This document shows positions 25,839-34,882 of a stretch of DNA of 64,000 nt, piece after piece; within the stretch, counting starts at the first letter, position 1, and each line of letters starts with the position of its first letter. Source of the DNA: an uncultured Lachnospiraceae bacterium (lineage in GTDB: Bacteria > Bacillota > Clostridia > TANB77 > CAG-508). Below the pieces are notes generated by a model. The model was not told where the DNA came from. It worked only from the letters and a program-made list of their open reading frames with translations, and searched no databases. Location: contig CAZPAF010000005.1 in the NCBI GenBank assembly GCA_964584475.1, forward strand, positions 13,998-77,997, written 5' to 3'. The position numbers and the translations under genes are program-made.

Positions 25839-27314
25839 ATGATAAAGTTTGACGGAAGAATAGTACAATTTGGTTTTGGTGCTGTTGGAAAAAGTTTTTA
25901 TGAAAAAATAAAAAAAGAAATTGAATTTAATGAAAATGAATATTTTGTTATAACAATGGACAAATTTGAATTTGAAGCTTTTGTTAATTTAGGAGGAATG
26001 GTAGCAAATTTTATTATTCAAGAAATAACAAAAGAAAATTTTAAAGAAGTTTTTGGTAAATATTTACATGAAGGTGATTTACTTATAGATTTTGCAGATA
26101 CAGTTGGAACAAAAGATATTCTTGACTGGTGTGCTCAAAACAATATAATGTATTTAAACACAGGAGAAGCAGATTGGCCTGAAAATTGGTATAGCATATT
26201 TAATGAAAATCTTCTAAAAAATGAAATAAGAAAAAAACATAGTGAAAATAATAAAACTAATAAATATCCAATTGTACTTCAACATGGAAATAACCCCGGG
26301 CTAGTTTCTCATTTTGTAAAAGCAGGAATTGAGCACATTGCAAAAACACAATGCAGAAAAGATAAAGAGTTAAAAAGGTTAATAAAGGAAAATCAATTTA
26401 ACAAAGCTGCTTTAAGATTAGGAATAAGACAAATACATGTAAATGATGTTGATCTTCAAGATGTTAAAAAAGAATTAGAAGATAAAGCTTTATATAGTAC
26501 TTGGTGCATAGATTCTTTCTTTTTTGAAATGTTAAGTGAGGCTACAATTAATTTTGGAGTTCACGAAAAAATTGATTTTAAAAGTGAAGAATGTAAATTA
26601 TTAGATTTTGAAAATGGTTTTTTAGAAATGAAAAATCTAGCGGCAGATACAAAATGCCGTACATATTATCCAGGAGGACAATTCGAAGGATATTTAGTAC
26701 CGCACGAAGAGATAATAACAATAGCAAAAGGATTAGAAGTAAAAGAGAATAACAAAACAATTTACAGACCTTCTGTTATGTTTTTATATTCACCATGTGA
26801 AGCTGCTAAAGAATATATTAAATACGCAAAAGTAAATGATTATTTAAATCCAGATCCTAATAAACCTCAAGACTGTGAAAAGGCAGAAGGGACCACTATT
26901 GTTAGAGGATATGTTTATCCTGAAAAAGCAGAAATTGTATATCAAGAAAAAATAAAATCTGGAACAGAATACGTTGGAGTATTATTGATAGGTGATAACT
27001 TTAATCCAGTTTGGGTTGGTAATAGAATAGAAATGCCTTATTTATATAAAAATAAAAAAGACTCGTATTGGCAAACACCAACAATTACTCCTGTTGCAAT
27101 GTCAGCTCTAGCTGCTACTTGTTGGATGATAAAAAACAAAGAAAAAGGCGGAATATATTTTCCTGATGATATAAGAGAATATAAAGAAATTATAAAAATT
27201 GCTGAAAAATATATTTCAAAAACAATTTATAAAACTTTTGATAAAAAAATAATAGAAGAAAATCTAGGATTAGATTTTTCAGATTCACAAATTAAAGATA
27301 TATTTGTAGATTGA
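25839..27314 (+). CDS. Homospermidine-synthase-like NAD-dependent enzyme (saccharopine dehydrogenase-like fold)
   Basis: Likely start ATG 25839 (MIKFDGRIVQFGFGAVGKSF) after AAAGGGGA. HGNNPGLVSHFVK, YSTWCIDSFF, YLVPHEEIITIA, IYRPSVMFLYSPCEAAKEY, YVGVLLIG and TPVAMSALAATCWMI parallel bacterial HSS blocks. Confidence 0.75.
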   Translation: MIKFDGRIVQFGFGAVGKSFYEKIKKEIEFNENEYFVITMDKFEFEAFVNLGGMVANFIIQEITKENFKEVFGKYLHEGDLLIDFADTVGTKDILDWCAQNNIMYLNTGEADWPENWYSIFNENLLKNEIRKKHSENNKTNKYPIVLQHGNNPGLVSHFVKAGIEHIAKTQCRKDKELKRLIKENQFNKAALRLGIRQIHVNDVDLQDVKKELEDKALYSTWCIDSFFFEMLSEATINFGVHEKIDFKSEECKLLDFENGFLEMKNLAADTKCRTYYPGGQFEGYLVPHEEIITIAKGLEVKENNKTIYRPSVMFLYSPCEAAKEYIKYAKVNDYLNPDPNKPQDCEKAEGTTIVRGYVYPEKAEIVYQEKIKSGTEYVGVLLIGDNFNPVWVGNRIEMPYLYKNKKDSYWQTPTITPVAMSALAATCWMIKNKEKGGIYFPDDIREYKEIIKIAEKYISKTIYKTFDKKIIEENLGLDFSDSQIKDIFVD

Positions 27315-27360
27315 TAAATAAGAAACAAATGTAAAAAGAAAAGAACTGAAAATGAAATTA

Positions 27361-27390
27361 AAAAGGAATGATTTAATCATTCCTTTTTAT
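27361..27390. terminator. Bidirectional intrinsic terminator between the polyamine operon and the convergent DUF2207 gene
   Basis: GGAATGA (27365-27371) pairs with TCATTCC (27377-27383), flanked by an A-run and a T-run. Confidence 0.65.
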
Positions 27391-27448
27391 ATTTTAAATT
27401 TATTCATATTTTATTTTCTAAAAATAATGTTTTGCAGTTTGTTTTGGT

Positions 27449-29569
27449 TTAGTTACCACCGCCACCGCCGCCACCACCACGGCCTCCGCCACCATATCCG
27501 CCATATCCGCCAGAACGAGATATAGAAGAGGCTGAACGAACAGAACTTCTAAATGAACGACCATAGCTGCGGAAACTATGTGAACGATAATATGAATTTG
27601 ATAATATAGATGACTGAGCTTGAGTATCTAAATCTGGACATCTTATTTTTAAAGCTTTAATTACTTTTTCAGAAATACCAAATGCAGTAGCATATACTAA
27701 ATATTTTTCCCAAAGTGGTAATTCTACAACTGTACGTTCTTTCATAAGTGTTTCGCTATTTAAGAAATTATATAAACCTTTCCATTTAACATATTCATCT
27801 TCACCAAATTGTGTAAGTAATAAATATTTTTTTGATAAGTATTTATATATAAATGAACCGAATAGGAAAGTGGCACTTAAAACAAAAAATGCACCAAATG
27901 CTAAATCTAATCTTGTTTGATAAGATAGTAAATTTACAAGCAAAATAGCAATAGCTAAAATTCTATAAAGTCTCGATTTTGATTTTAATTTTTTCTCAGT
28001 TTCTCTATAATCAGCTTTTTGGAAATATCCTTCTGTAACTCCAATATCAACTACTGATTTTTCAATACTTGTAAGGAAAGATTCAGTGTTGTCATAGTCA
28101 GAAGAAACTTTGCTTTGGAATTTTGACATAGATATTTCAAAATTTGTAGCATGTCTTTTTAATAAATTTAAATAAAGTTCTTCAGATTTTGTAAGAGGTT
28201 CTCTGTCATCTTGCAAATCAGCTTCAATTGCGCTTATGTCTGCTTGTACAAAACGTAAATCTGGATGTAATCTAACAACTCTATTGTCTTTTATTATTAC
28301 TTTTGTGTTTGAATTATTCCAATCTTTAGCTTCATTAATTTTAACAAGTTCAATATAATCTTTTCTTGCTAAACTTAGTAATAAAGCAGAATAACCATCT
28401 TTGTTTGCATTTTTGATGTTATGTCTGCAGAAAACTAAATTTGAGGCAAATAAAGGATCTAAGTTACTAGGAATATCTCTAAAATAATCCATATCCATTG
28501 TTGGAGTATATATATTATATTTACTTTCTAAATCATCATCTGCTTTTAAAAATCTTTTTACTAATATAAATGAACAAATTAAACAGATTATTAATATCAT
28601 AAATTTTGTTTTTGCAAACTCAAATGGTTCTGTTTCATATTCTGTTTGTTCGTCTTTTAATTCTTGCAATACAGGATCTTCTGAATATAAATTGTTTGGA
28701 GCATATTCGGTGAAAATATGCTTATCATCTCCAAAAGATACTAAATCGAACTCTATGTATTCATTATATGGTCTAAATTTCAAATCAGATTTATCTAAAT
28801 CAAAAGAAAATGTATGATATCCAGGATTTATTGTTGTTGATTCAGTAAATTCAAATTCATTTGAATTTGTGCCAAAAGTATTTGCATAATAATTTCCTGC
28901 CTTTGGCATATCTTTTTCGGGAATTAGTATTTGTCCTTTAAAAGAATTCAAATAATTAACTGAATCTTCAGAAAACATACTAATATATAATTCTGAACAA
29001 TCTCCATAACGTAAAGCGGCATTATTCATTTCATATTCTATTTCATATACTGGTTTTTCTCTATATAAACCATCTACATAGAAAAATACACATTCATATT
29101 GTCTTCTAGCTTCATTATAAGGACCAGGACTATGGAACCATTTATTAGGACCAAATCCAGCTGAAGTTGATGAAGAAAGATAATCCTCGTCTTCCCAATA
29201 TAATCTAGAACTCTCTTCGAAAATTATATCATCTTTATTTTCAAATATTTGTTTAACAGATTTTACTTTATAATCAACTTTTAACCCATCAACTTTATCT
29301 TCGCAAAGATCTCTCCAAAGTTCCCAGAATAGATTGTCTCTAGAAGCAGCTCTAATGTCGAATGTTAATTTTTCTGTCACAAGTAATTTTCCACCATTTC
29401 CAGGTTCATCAACAAGTTCGGCCTTATAATCTACATCTGTTATTTTTGCATAATCCCAAGGAGTATTGATAGATTCCCAGTCTATTATTTCTCCAATCAT
29501 TACAATAAATGGTGAAGCAAAAATGAAAAACATAAATATCATATAAAGTTTTATGAAAAGTTTGTCCAT
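27449..29569 (-). CDS. DUF2207-family membrane protein with a C-terminal Gly-rich tail
   Basis: N-terminal TM, about 300-aa extracytoplasmic domain, internal TM helices, LPLWEKYLVYATAFGISEKV, and the tail SGGYGGYGGGGRGGGGGGGGN. Confidence 0.75.
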   Translation of the reverse strand: MDKLFIKLYMIFMFFIFASPFIVMIGEIIDWESINTPWDYAKITDVDYKAELVDEPGNGGKLLVTEKLTFDIRAASRDNLFWELWRDLCEDKVDGLKVDYKVKSVKQIFENKDDIIFEESSRLYWEDEDYLSSSTSAGFGPNKWFHSPGPYNEARRQYECVFFYVDGLYREKPVYEIEYEMNNAALRYGDCSELYISMFSEDSVNYLNSFKGQILIPEKDMPKAGNYYANTFGTNSNEFEFTESTTINPGYHTFSFDLDKSDLKFRPYNEYIEFDLVSFGDDKHIFTEYAPNNLYSEDPVLQELKDEQTEYETEPFEFAKTKFMILIICLICSFILVKRFLKADDDLESKYNIYTPTMDMDYFRDIPSNLDPLFASNLVFCRHNIKNANKDGYSALLLSLARKDYIELVKINEAKDWNNSNTKVIIKDNRVVRLHPDLRFVQADISAIEADLQDDREPLTKSEELYLNLLKRHATNFEISMSKFQSKVSSDYDNTESFLTSIEKSVVDIGVTEGYFQKADYRETEKKLKSKSRLYRILAIAILLVNLLSYQTRLDLAFGAFFVLSATFLFGSFIYKYLSKKYLLLTQFGEDEYVKWKGLYNFLNSETLMKERTVVELPLWEKYLVYATAFGISEKVIKALKIRCPDLDTQAQSSILSNSYYRSHSFRSYGRSFRSSVRSASSISRSGGYGGYGGGGRGGGGGGGGN

Positions 29570-29746
29570 ATAATTTACCTCGTTTATATATTATATATTT
29601 ACTTATTTAGTATATTTAAAATAACAAAATTTGTAAAGATATTATTATTTAAAAGTGCCATAAATATTGAAAAAAACTCTATTCAATGCTAAAATACTAA
29701 TGGAAAATATTAATAAAAAAATTGTATAAATATTTATAGGAATAAT

Positions 29747-30451
29747 ATGGAAAGAATTGATAAAATTATAGGAAATCAAACTGAATATTCTAGAAAAGAT
29801 GTTAAAAAGTTAGTTCTTCAAAAAAGAGTAAAAGTAAATGGAGAATTAGTTTTAAAATCAGATATAAAAATAAATCCAGATAAAGATTTGATTTCAATAG
29901 ATGGAAAAGACATTAATGTTACAGAAAAGATTTATTTGATTTTAAATAAACCACAAGGATATATTTCAGCGACAGAAGATAAATCTCAAAAAACAGTATT
30001 AGATTTAATTGATGAAAAATATTATCACAGAGAATTATTTCCAGCGGGTAGATTAGATAAAGATACAACTGGAATGATGATAATAACAGATGATGGACAA
30101 TTTGCTCATAATATATTAGCACCAAAAAAACATATTAGTAAAACATATGAAGTTGAAATTGATATACCAGTAACAGAAGAAATGAAGCTTGGCTTTGAAA
30201 AAGGTGTGAATTTAAATGATGGCGTTTGTAAAACTGCTAAATTAGAAATAACAGGAGAAAATACAGCGACAGTAGTTTTAACAGAAGGAAGATATCATCA
30301 AATAAAGAGAATGTTTGGATGTTTTGGAGCAAAGGTAACTAAACTTCATAGAACAGCAATGGGATTTTTAAAATTGCCTGAAGATTTAAAAGAAGGAGAA
30401 TCAAGAGAACTTTCAAAAGAAGAATTAGAATTATTAACAAGGAGAACATAA
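29747..30451 (+). CDS. rRNA pseudouridine synthase, RsuA/RluB family (S4 domain plus catalytic domain)
   Basis: The N-terminal region fits an S4 domain (RIDKIIGNQTEYSRKDVKKLVLQKRVKVNG); catalytic motif GRLDKDTTGMMIITDDG; and EGRYHQIKRMF. Confidence 0.85.
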   Translation: MERIDKIIGNQTEYSRKDVKKLVLQKRVKVNGELVLKSDIKINPDKDLISIDGKDINVTEKIYLILNKPQGYISATEDKSQKTVLDLIDEKYYHRELFPAGRLDKDTTGMMIITDDGQFAHNILAPKKHISKTYEVEIDIPVTEEMKLGFEKGVNLNDGVCKTAKLEITGENTATVVLTEGRYHQIKRMFGCFGAKVTKLHRTAMGFLKLPEDLKEGESRELSKEELELLTRRT

Positions 30452-31324
30452 ATGATAGATTTACATATGCATACTGTATATTCAGATGGGGATAAAACAG
30501 TAGAAGAATTATTAAAATTATGCGAGGAGCAAAAGTTAGAATATATTTCAATAACAGATCATGATAATTGTATGCAATATAAAGATGAAGCATTAACAAA
30601 AGGACTGTTTTCAGGAAAAATAATAAAAGGTTCTGAATTACATGCGGTACATAACAATAGAAAATATGAGATTTTAGCTTATGGTATTGATACAGATATA
30701 TTAACTGCCTGGTATCAAAAATACTATTCAGACGAACAATTAATTAAAAATCAAGAAATTGCAGCTAAAATGTTAATAGATATTTTTAATAGATTAGGAA
30801 TAAAATATAATCTTGATAATGTAATATGGCCGACTAAACCAACAGAATTTGTAGAAAGAAGAATGTATAAAGATGCGTTTTCTTATCCGGAAAATAAAGA
30901 AATTTTTGGAGAATATAACGATTCAAATTTTGGATTGTTTTTTAGAAAAGAAATAACAAATCCAGAAAGTCCATTCTTTATGCCACCATTTGGGATTCCA
31001 GAACATAAAGAGGTTGTTGAAGCAATTCATAATGCTGGTGGAAAAGCATTTTTAGCTCATCCTTTTGAATATAAATTCGAAGATACAATTGGATTTATTG
31101 ATGAAATTAGAAAAAATGCTGAACTTGATGGAATTGAAGTATATCATCCATCTTCTGTAGATGATGATAAAAAAGATATTCTATATGAATATGCAAGAAA
31201 AAATAATCTATATATTTCAGGAGGAAGTGATTTTCATGGGACTCCAAAACCAGATATAAAAGTTGGAGTAGGACGAGGAAATATTAATATCCCAAAAGAA
31301 ATTATAGAAGAATGGATTGATTAA
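30452..31324 (+). CDS. PHP-domain metal-dependent phosphoesterase
   Basis: MIDLHMHTVYSDGD, ISITDHDN, FLAHPFEY, GIEVYHP, SGGSDFHG. Confidence 0.8.
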   Translation: MIDLHMHTVYSDGDKTVEELLKLCEEQKLEYISITDHDNCMQYKDEALTKGLFSGKIIKGSELHAVHNNRKYEILAYGIDTDILTAWYQKYYSDEQLIKNQEIAAKMLIDIFNRLGIKYNLDNVIWPTKPTEFVERRMYKDAFSYPENKEIFGEYNDSNFGLFFRKEITNPESPFFMPPFGIPEHKEVVEAIHNAGGKAFLAHPFEYKFEDTIGFIDEIRKNAELDGIEVYHPSSVDDDKKDILYEYARKNNLYISGGSDFHGTPKPDIKVGVGRGNINIPKEIIEEWID

Positions 31325-31386
31325 TATTATTTTAATAATATTAACATATAATTTATAAATAAATTTACAAAAAAGGAGAAAACAAA

Positions 31387-31959
31387 ATGGAAAAAGAAAT
31401 TATTATAGCTTCTGGAAATAAAGGAAAAATAAGAGAAGCAGAAGAAATTTTAGAAGGATATAAAATTATTCCAATAAAAGATATAGGAATAGATATTGAT
31501 GTTGAAGAGGATAAAGATACTTTTGAAGAAAATGCAATAAAAAAAGCCCAAGAAATATCAAAACAATTAAATGGAAAAATGTGTATATCAGATGACTCTG
31601 GAATTGAAATTGAATTTTTAGATGGATTTCCAGGAGTATTTACAAAAAGATGGCATGCAGGAACTGATAGAGAAAGAAATTTAGAAATAATAAAAAAATT
31701 AAATGGAGTAGAAAAAGCAAAAAGAAAAATTACTTTTACAACAGCAATTGCTTTAGCTGAAGGAGATACAGTATATACTGGAGTTGCAAGTATTGATGGA
31801 TATGTTGCTGAAAATGTAAGAGGTGATAATGGATTTGGTTTTGATGAAATATTCGAACTTGAAAATGGAAAAACACTTGCAGAATTAACGGCAGAAGAAA
31901 AAAATGAAATTAGTGCTAGAAAAAAAGCATTAGAAATTATTAAAAATAAATTAAAATAA
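31387..31959 (+). CDS. rdgB: Non-canonical purine NTP pyrophosphatase (RdgB/HAM1, dITP/XTP)
   Basis: IIIASGNKGKIREA, EEDKDTFEENAIKKA, ISDDSGIEIEFLDGFPGVFTKRW, GFGFDEIF. Confidence 0.9.
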   Translation: MEKEIIIASGNKGKIREAEEILEGYKIIPIKDIGIDIDVEEDKDTFEENAIKKAQEISKQLNGKMCISDDSGIEIEFLDGFPGVFTKRWHAGTDRERNLEIIKKLNGVEKAKRKITFTTAIALAEGDTVYTGVASIDGYVAENVRGDNGFGFDEIFELENGKTLAELTAEEKNEISARKKALEIIKNKLK

Positions 31960-31985
31960 TAAAAATTATTTTAGAAAGAGTAGAA

Positions 31986-32492
31986 ATGAAACCACTAAGA
32001 AAAGCTGTTAAATGTCTATTAATTGAAGATAGAAAAATAGTTATAACAAAATATCTTAAAGGGAATAAAGCTGGATATTATGATATTCCAGGTGGAAAAA
32101 TAGAAGCTGGTGAAACTTCTGAAGATGCAGCTATAAGAGAAATGAAAGAAGAAACAGGAATTAGTGTTTCAAACTTAACCCCAAAAGGTTTTTTTGAAGT
32201 AGAATATCCAGATAGAAAATTTACTTTTGATGTTTTTATTGCGAAAGAATATCAAGGAAATCTGCAAAATTTTGAAGAAAACACATCTGAATGGATTAAT
32301 ATAGCTGAACTTTTAAATAAAGAAAAAATATTATCCAATGTATTGATTTTAGATGAAACAATTAATAAAGCATTGTATGATGAAACTTTAAATTTCCATA
32401 TTAAAGTAAAAGTTGATGAAGAAGAAAATATTTTAAATTTTGAATATAAATCAGCTAGTTCGAAAAAAGTTATAAAGCTGGTTGCGTTTTAA
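31986..32492 (+). CDS. Nudix hydrolase (MutT-like)
   Basis: Nudix box GGKIEAGETSEDAAIREMKEETG. The reading frame stops 24 nt after an A6 run (32463-32468). Confidence 0.85.
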   Translation: MKPLRKAVKCLLIEDRKIVITKYLKGNKAGYYDIPGGKIEAGETSEDAAIREMKEETGISVSNLTPKGFFEVEYPDRKFTFDVFIAKEYQGNLQNFEENTSEWINIAELLNKEKILSNVLILDETINKALYDETLNFHIKVKVDEEENILNFEYKSASSKKVIKLVAF

Positions 32493-32881
32493 TAGATAAA
32501 ACAAATAAAAAGGTTGGATTAGTTTTTAGAAAAGAACAAGGTGATTATTCTTTTGCAAAAGGTCATTTAGAAGAAAATGAAACTGTAATTGAATGTGCTA
32601 AAAGAGAAACTGAAGAAGAAACAGGAAGAGAAATTGAAATTGTTTCTGATAAGGAATTAGGAATATTGAGTTATATAACTAAAAAAGGTGAGAATGTAGA
32701 TACATATTTATACTTAGCAATTGATAAAGGCGTTTTAGATAAAAATATACCAGAAAATTTAAAAGAAAAATTAGAATGGATAGATTTTGACAAAGTTGAA
32801 GAATTTTTAACTCATGATGATTTAAAATACTTTTGGAATGCTAATAAAAATTGCATATTAACTTATTTAGAAAAGGAGTAA
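32459..32881 (+). pseudogene. Second Nudix domain ORF with no usable start of its own; probably the 3' half of a frameshifted di-Nudix gene (31986-32881)
   Basis: The frame is open from 32459 and reads (F)EKSYKAGCVLIDKTNKKVGLVFRKEQGDYSFAKGHLEENETVIECAKRETEEETG (complete Nudix box). There is no ATG/GTG and no SD before the box. The track finds only a TTG at 32666, downstream of the box. A -1 shift at the A6 run joins it to the upstream ORF. Confidence 0.6.
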
Positions 32882-32884
32882 ATA

Positions 32885-33586
32885 ATGTCTAAGAATTTAG
32901 TTTTAATTGGTGGTGGAGAAATAAAGGGATGGAATTTCGATACCAAAGATTCAAACCAAGATTTATATCAAACAGAAAATATAGACAAAACAATTGTAGA
33001 ACTATCAGGTAAAGAAAATCCTAAAATGCTTTTTATAGGAACTGCATCTCGTGAAAGAGAAGGGTATTTTGAAGCAATAAAAAATATTTACTCTGACTTA
33101 GGTTGCACAGTTGATTGTTTAAAAATGACAGATGATAATATAAAAGAAAAAGTATTAAATTCAGACATTATTTACATTGGTGGCGGAAATACTAGATTTA
33201 TGCTATCAGAATGGGAAAAAGTAAACTTAAAAGAATACTTGTTAGAAGCTTATAATAAAGGAATTGTTGTTTCAGGATTTAGTGCGGGAGCTTATTGTTG
33301 GTTCAAATATAATTATGAAATGCTTGAAGGATTTGGATTAATAAAGGCTATAAATTGTGTTCATTACGATGATAAAACAGAAGAAAAAATTAACGAATTC
33401 TATAGCAATATAAAATCAAAGAATCTTCCTGGAATTGCACTAGATAATGGAGTAGCAATGAAATATTCTGAAAATTCATTTAAGATTATAAAAAGTATAA
33501 AGAATGCAAAAGCATTTAAAATTTCATACCTTGATGGCAAATTCATAAAAGAAGAATTATTTGAGAATAATATATATACTTTATAA
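32885..33586 (+). CDS. Peptidase S51 (PepE)/type-1 glutamine-amidotransferase-like protein
   Basis: IIYIGGGNTRFML and GFSAGAYC (Ser nucleophile context), about 230 aa. Confidence 0.7.
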   Translation: MSKNLVLIGGGEIKGWNFDTKDSNQDLYQTENIDKTIVELSGKENPKMLFIGTASREREGYFEAIKNIYSDLGCTVDCLKMTDDNIKEKVLNSDIIYIGGGNTRFMLSEWEKVNLKEYLLEAYNKGIVVSGFSAGAYCWFKYNYEMLEGFGLIKAINCVHYDDKTEEKINEFYSNIKSKNLPGIALDNGVAMKYSENSFKIIKSIKNAKAFKISYLDGKFIKEELFENNIYTL

Positions 33587-33636
33587 ATTTAGATACTTAG
33601 ATTTATTAATATATTGTAGAAATGAGTTGGTAGTAA

Positions 33637-34296
33637 ATGAAAAACAAAACAGATTTTGAATTATTACAAATATTATGGGACTATATGCATGTTAATCATT
33701 CACTAGAAAATGCAGATGCAATACTAGTTTTGGGCTGTTCAGATTTATCTGTTGTAGATGTAGGTGTTGATGTATATAAAAAAGGATATGCAGATAAAAT
33801 GATTTTTTCTGGAGGTCTTGGAAAAGATACCAGTAAAATTTGGAATGAACCTGAAGCAAATAAATTTGCAAAACTTGCAATAGAAAAAGGAATTCCAAAA
33901 GAAAATATTTTAATAGAAAATAAATCAACAAATACAGGTGAGAATTTTAAATTTACTAAAAAATTAATTGAAGAAAATAATTTAGGAATAAAGAAATTTA
34001 TAATTGTTCATAAACCATATGATGAAAAAAGAGCTTATGCAGCTTTTAAAAATTGGATGCCAGAATATGAGGCTGTTGTTACATCAATGGATATTTCGTG
34101 CGAAGAATATAACAAAATGGCTATAGAAAATAACTTGCCAAATTGGAAAGAACTTATGGTAGGGGATGTTCAACGAATGAAAGTATTTGCTAAAAAAGGA
34201 TGGCAAGTTGAAGTAGATATGCCAGATGAAATTTGGAATACTTATGAAGAATTAGTAAAAAGAGGTTATGACAAATATGTATTTCATGAAAAATAG
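33637..34296 (+). CDS. DUF218 (YdcF/ElyC/SanA-like) protein
   Basis: DAILVLGCSD, KMIFSGGLGK, NKSTNTGENF, IIVHKPYDEKRA. Confidence 0.7.
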   Translation: MKNKTDFELLQILWDYMHVNHSLENADAILVLGCSDLSVVDVGVDVYKKGYADKMIFSGGLGKDTSKIWNEPEANKFAKLAIEKGIPKENILIENKSTNTGENFKFTKKLIEENNLGIKKFIIVHKPYDEKRAYAAFKNWMPEYEAVVTSMDISCEEYNKMAIENNLPNWKELMVGDVQRMKVFAKKGWQVEVDMPDEIWNTYEELVKRGYDKYVFHEK

Positions 34297-34326
34297 ATAT
34301 AAAAACTAAAGAAAGAGGAAAATAAA

Positions 34327-34866
34327 ATGTCAGTAAAAATAACTTATTTTGTACATGGCACAACTTATGATAATTTAGAACATAGATCTACTGGATGGCT
34401 TCCGGGAGAATTATCACCAAAAGGAATACAGCAAGCAAAAGCATTAAAAGAACAAGTAAATATGAAAGATATAGATATTGTATTTTGTTCAGATTTAAAA
34501 AGAGCTATTGATTCAGCAGAAATAGTTTTTGGTGGAGAAAAGATTATTTATCAAGATAAAAGATTAAGAGAATGTAATTATGGTCTTTTTGATGGAAAAG
34601 ATTCTAAATTTGCTGTATATGAAAATCATATACAAGAAAGATTTCCAGAAGGAGAATCAATGATTGATGTTGAAGAAAGAATTAAAAGTTTTTGTGGGTA
34701 TTTACTAGAAAAATATAATGGAAAACATATAGCAATAGTTGCTCATAAAGCACCACAACTTGCAATTCAAGTATTAACTCAAGGAAAAACATGGGAGCAA
34801 GCAATTGCAGAAGACTGGAGAAAAACAAAAGCTTGGCAGCCTGGATGGGATTATACTATTGATTAG
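34327..34866 (+). CDS. Histidine-phosphatase (phosphoglycerate-mutase-like) family protein with VHG in place of the canonical RHG
   Basis: ITYFVHGTTYDN, CSDLKRAIDSAEIVF, FPEGESMIDVEERI, IVAHKAPQ. Confidence 0.75.
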   Translation: MSVKITYFVHGTTYDNLEHRSTGWLPGELSPKGIQQAKALKEQVNMKDIDIVFCSDLKRAIDSAEIVFGGEKIIYQDKRLRECNYGLFDGKDSKFAVYENHIQERFPEGESMIDVEERIKSFCGYLLEKYNGKHIAIVAHKAPQLAIQVLTQGKTWEQAIAEDWRKTKAWQPGWDYTID

Positions 34867-34882
34867 AAATTAAGGAGTAAAA

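Noticed and set aside
27450-27520. A GC-rich tract (CCACCGCCACCGCCGCCACCACCACGGCC...) that looks like a simple repeat or foreign fragment
   Set aside because: It is the coding sequence of the poly-Gly C-terminal tail of the DUF2207 protein (minus strand), a normal feature of that family and not an independent element.
32460-32470. Programmed -1 ribosomal frameshift at the A6 run linking the two Nudix ORFs
   Set aside because: In the zero frame the run is phased as G AAA AAA G rather than the A AAA AAG heptamer used in dnaX-type sites. I see no obvious downstream stimulatory hairpin. A mutation or homopolymer error is more parsimonious. It is kept as a finding only at moderate interest.
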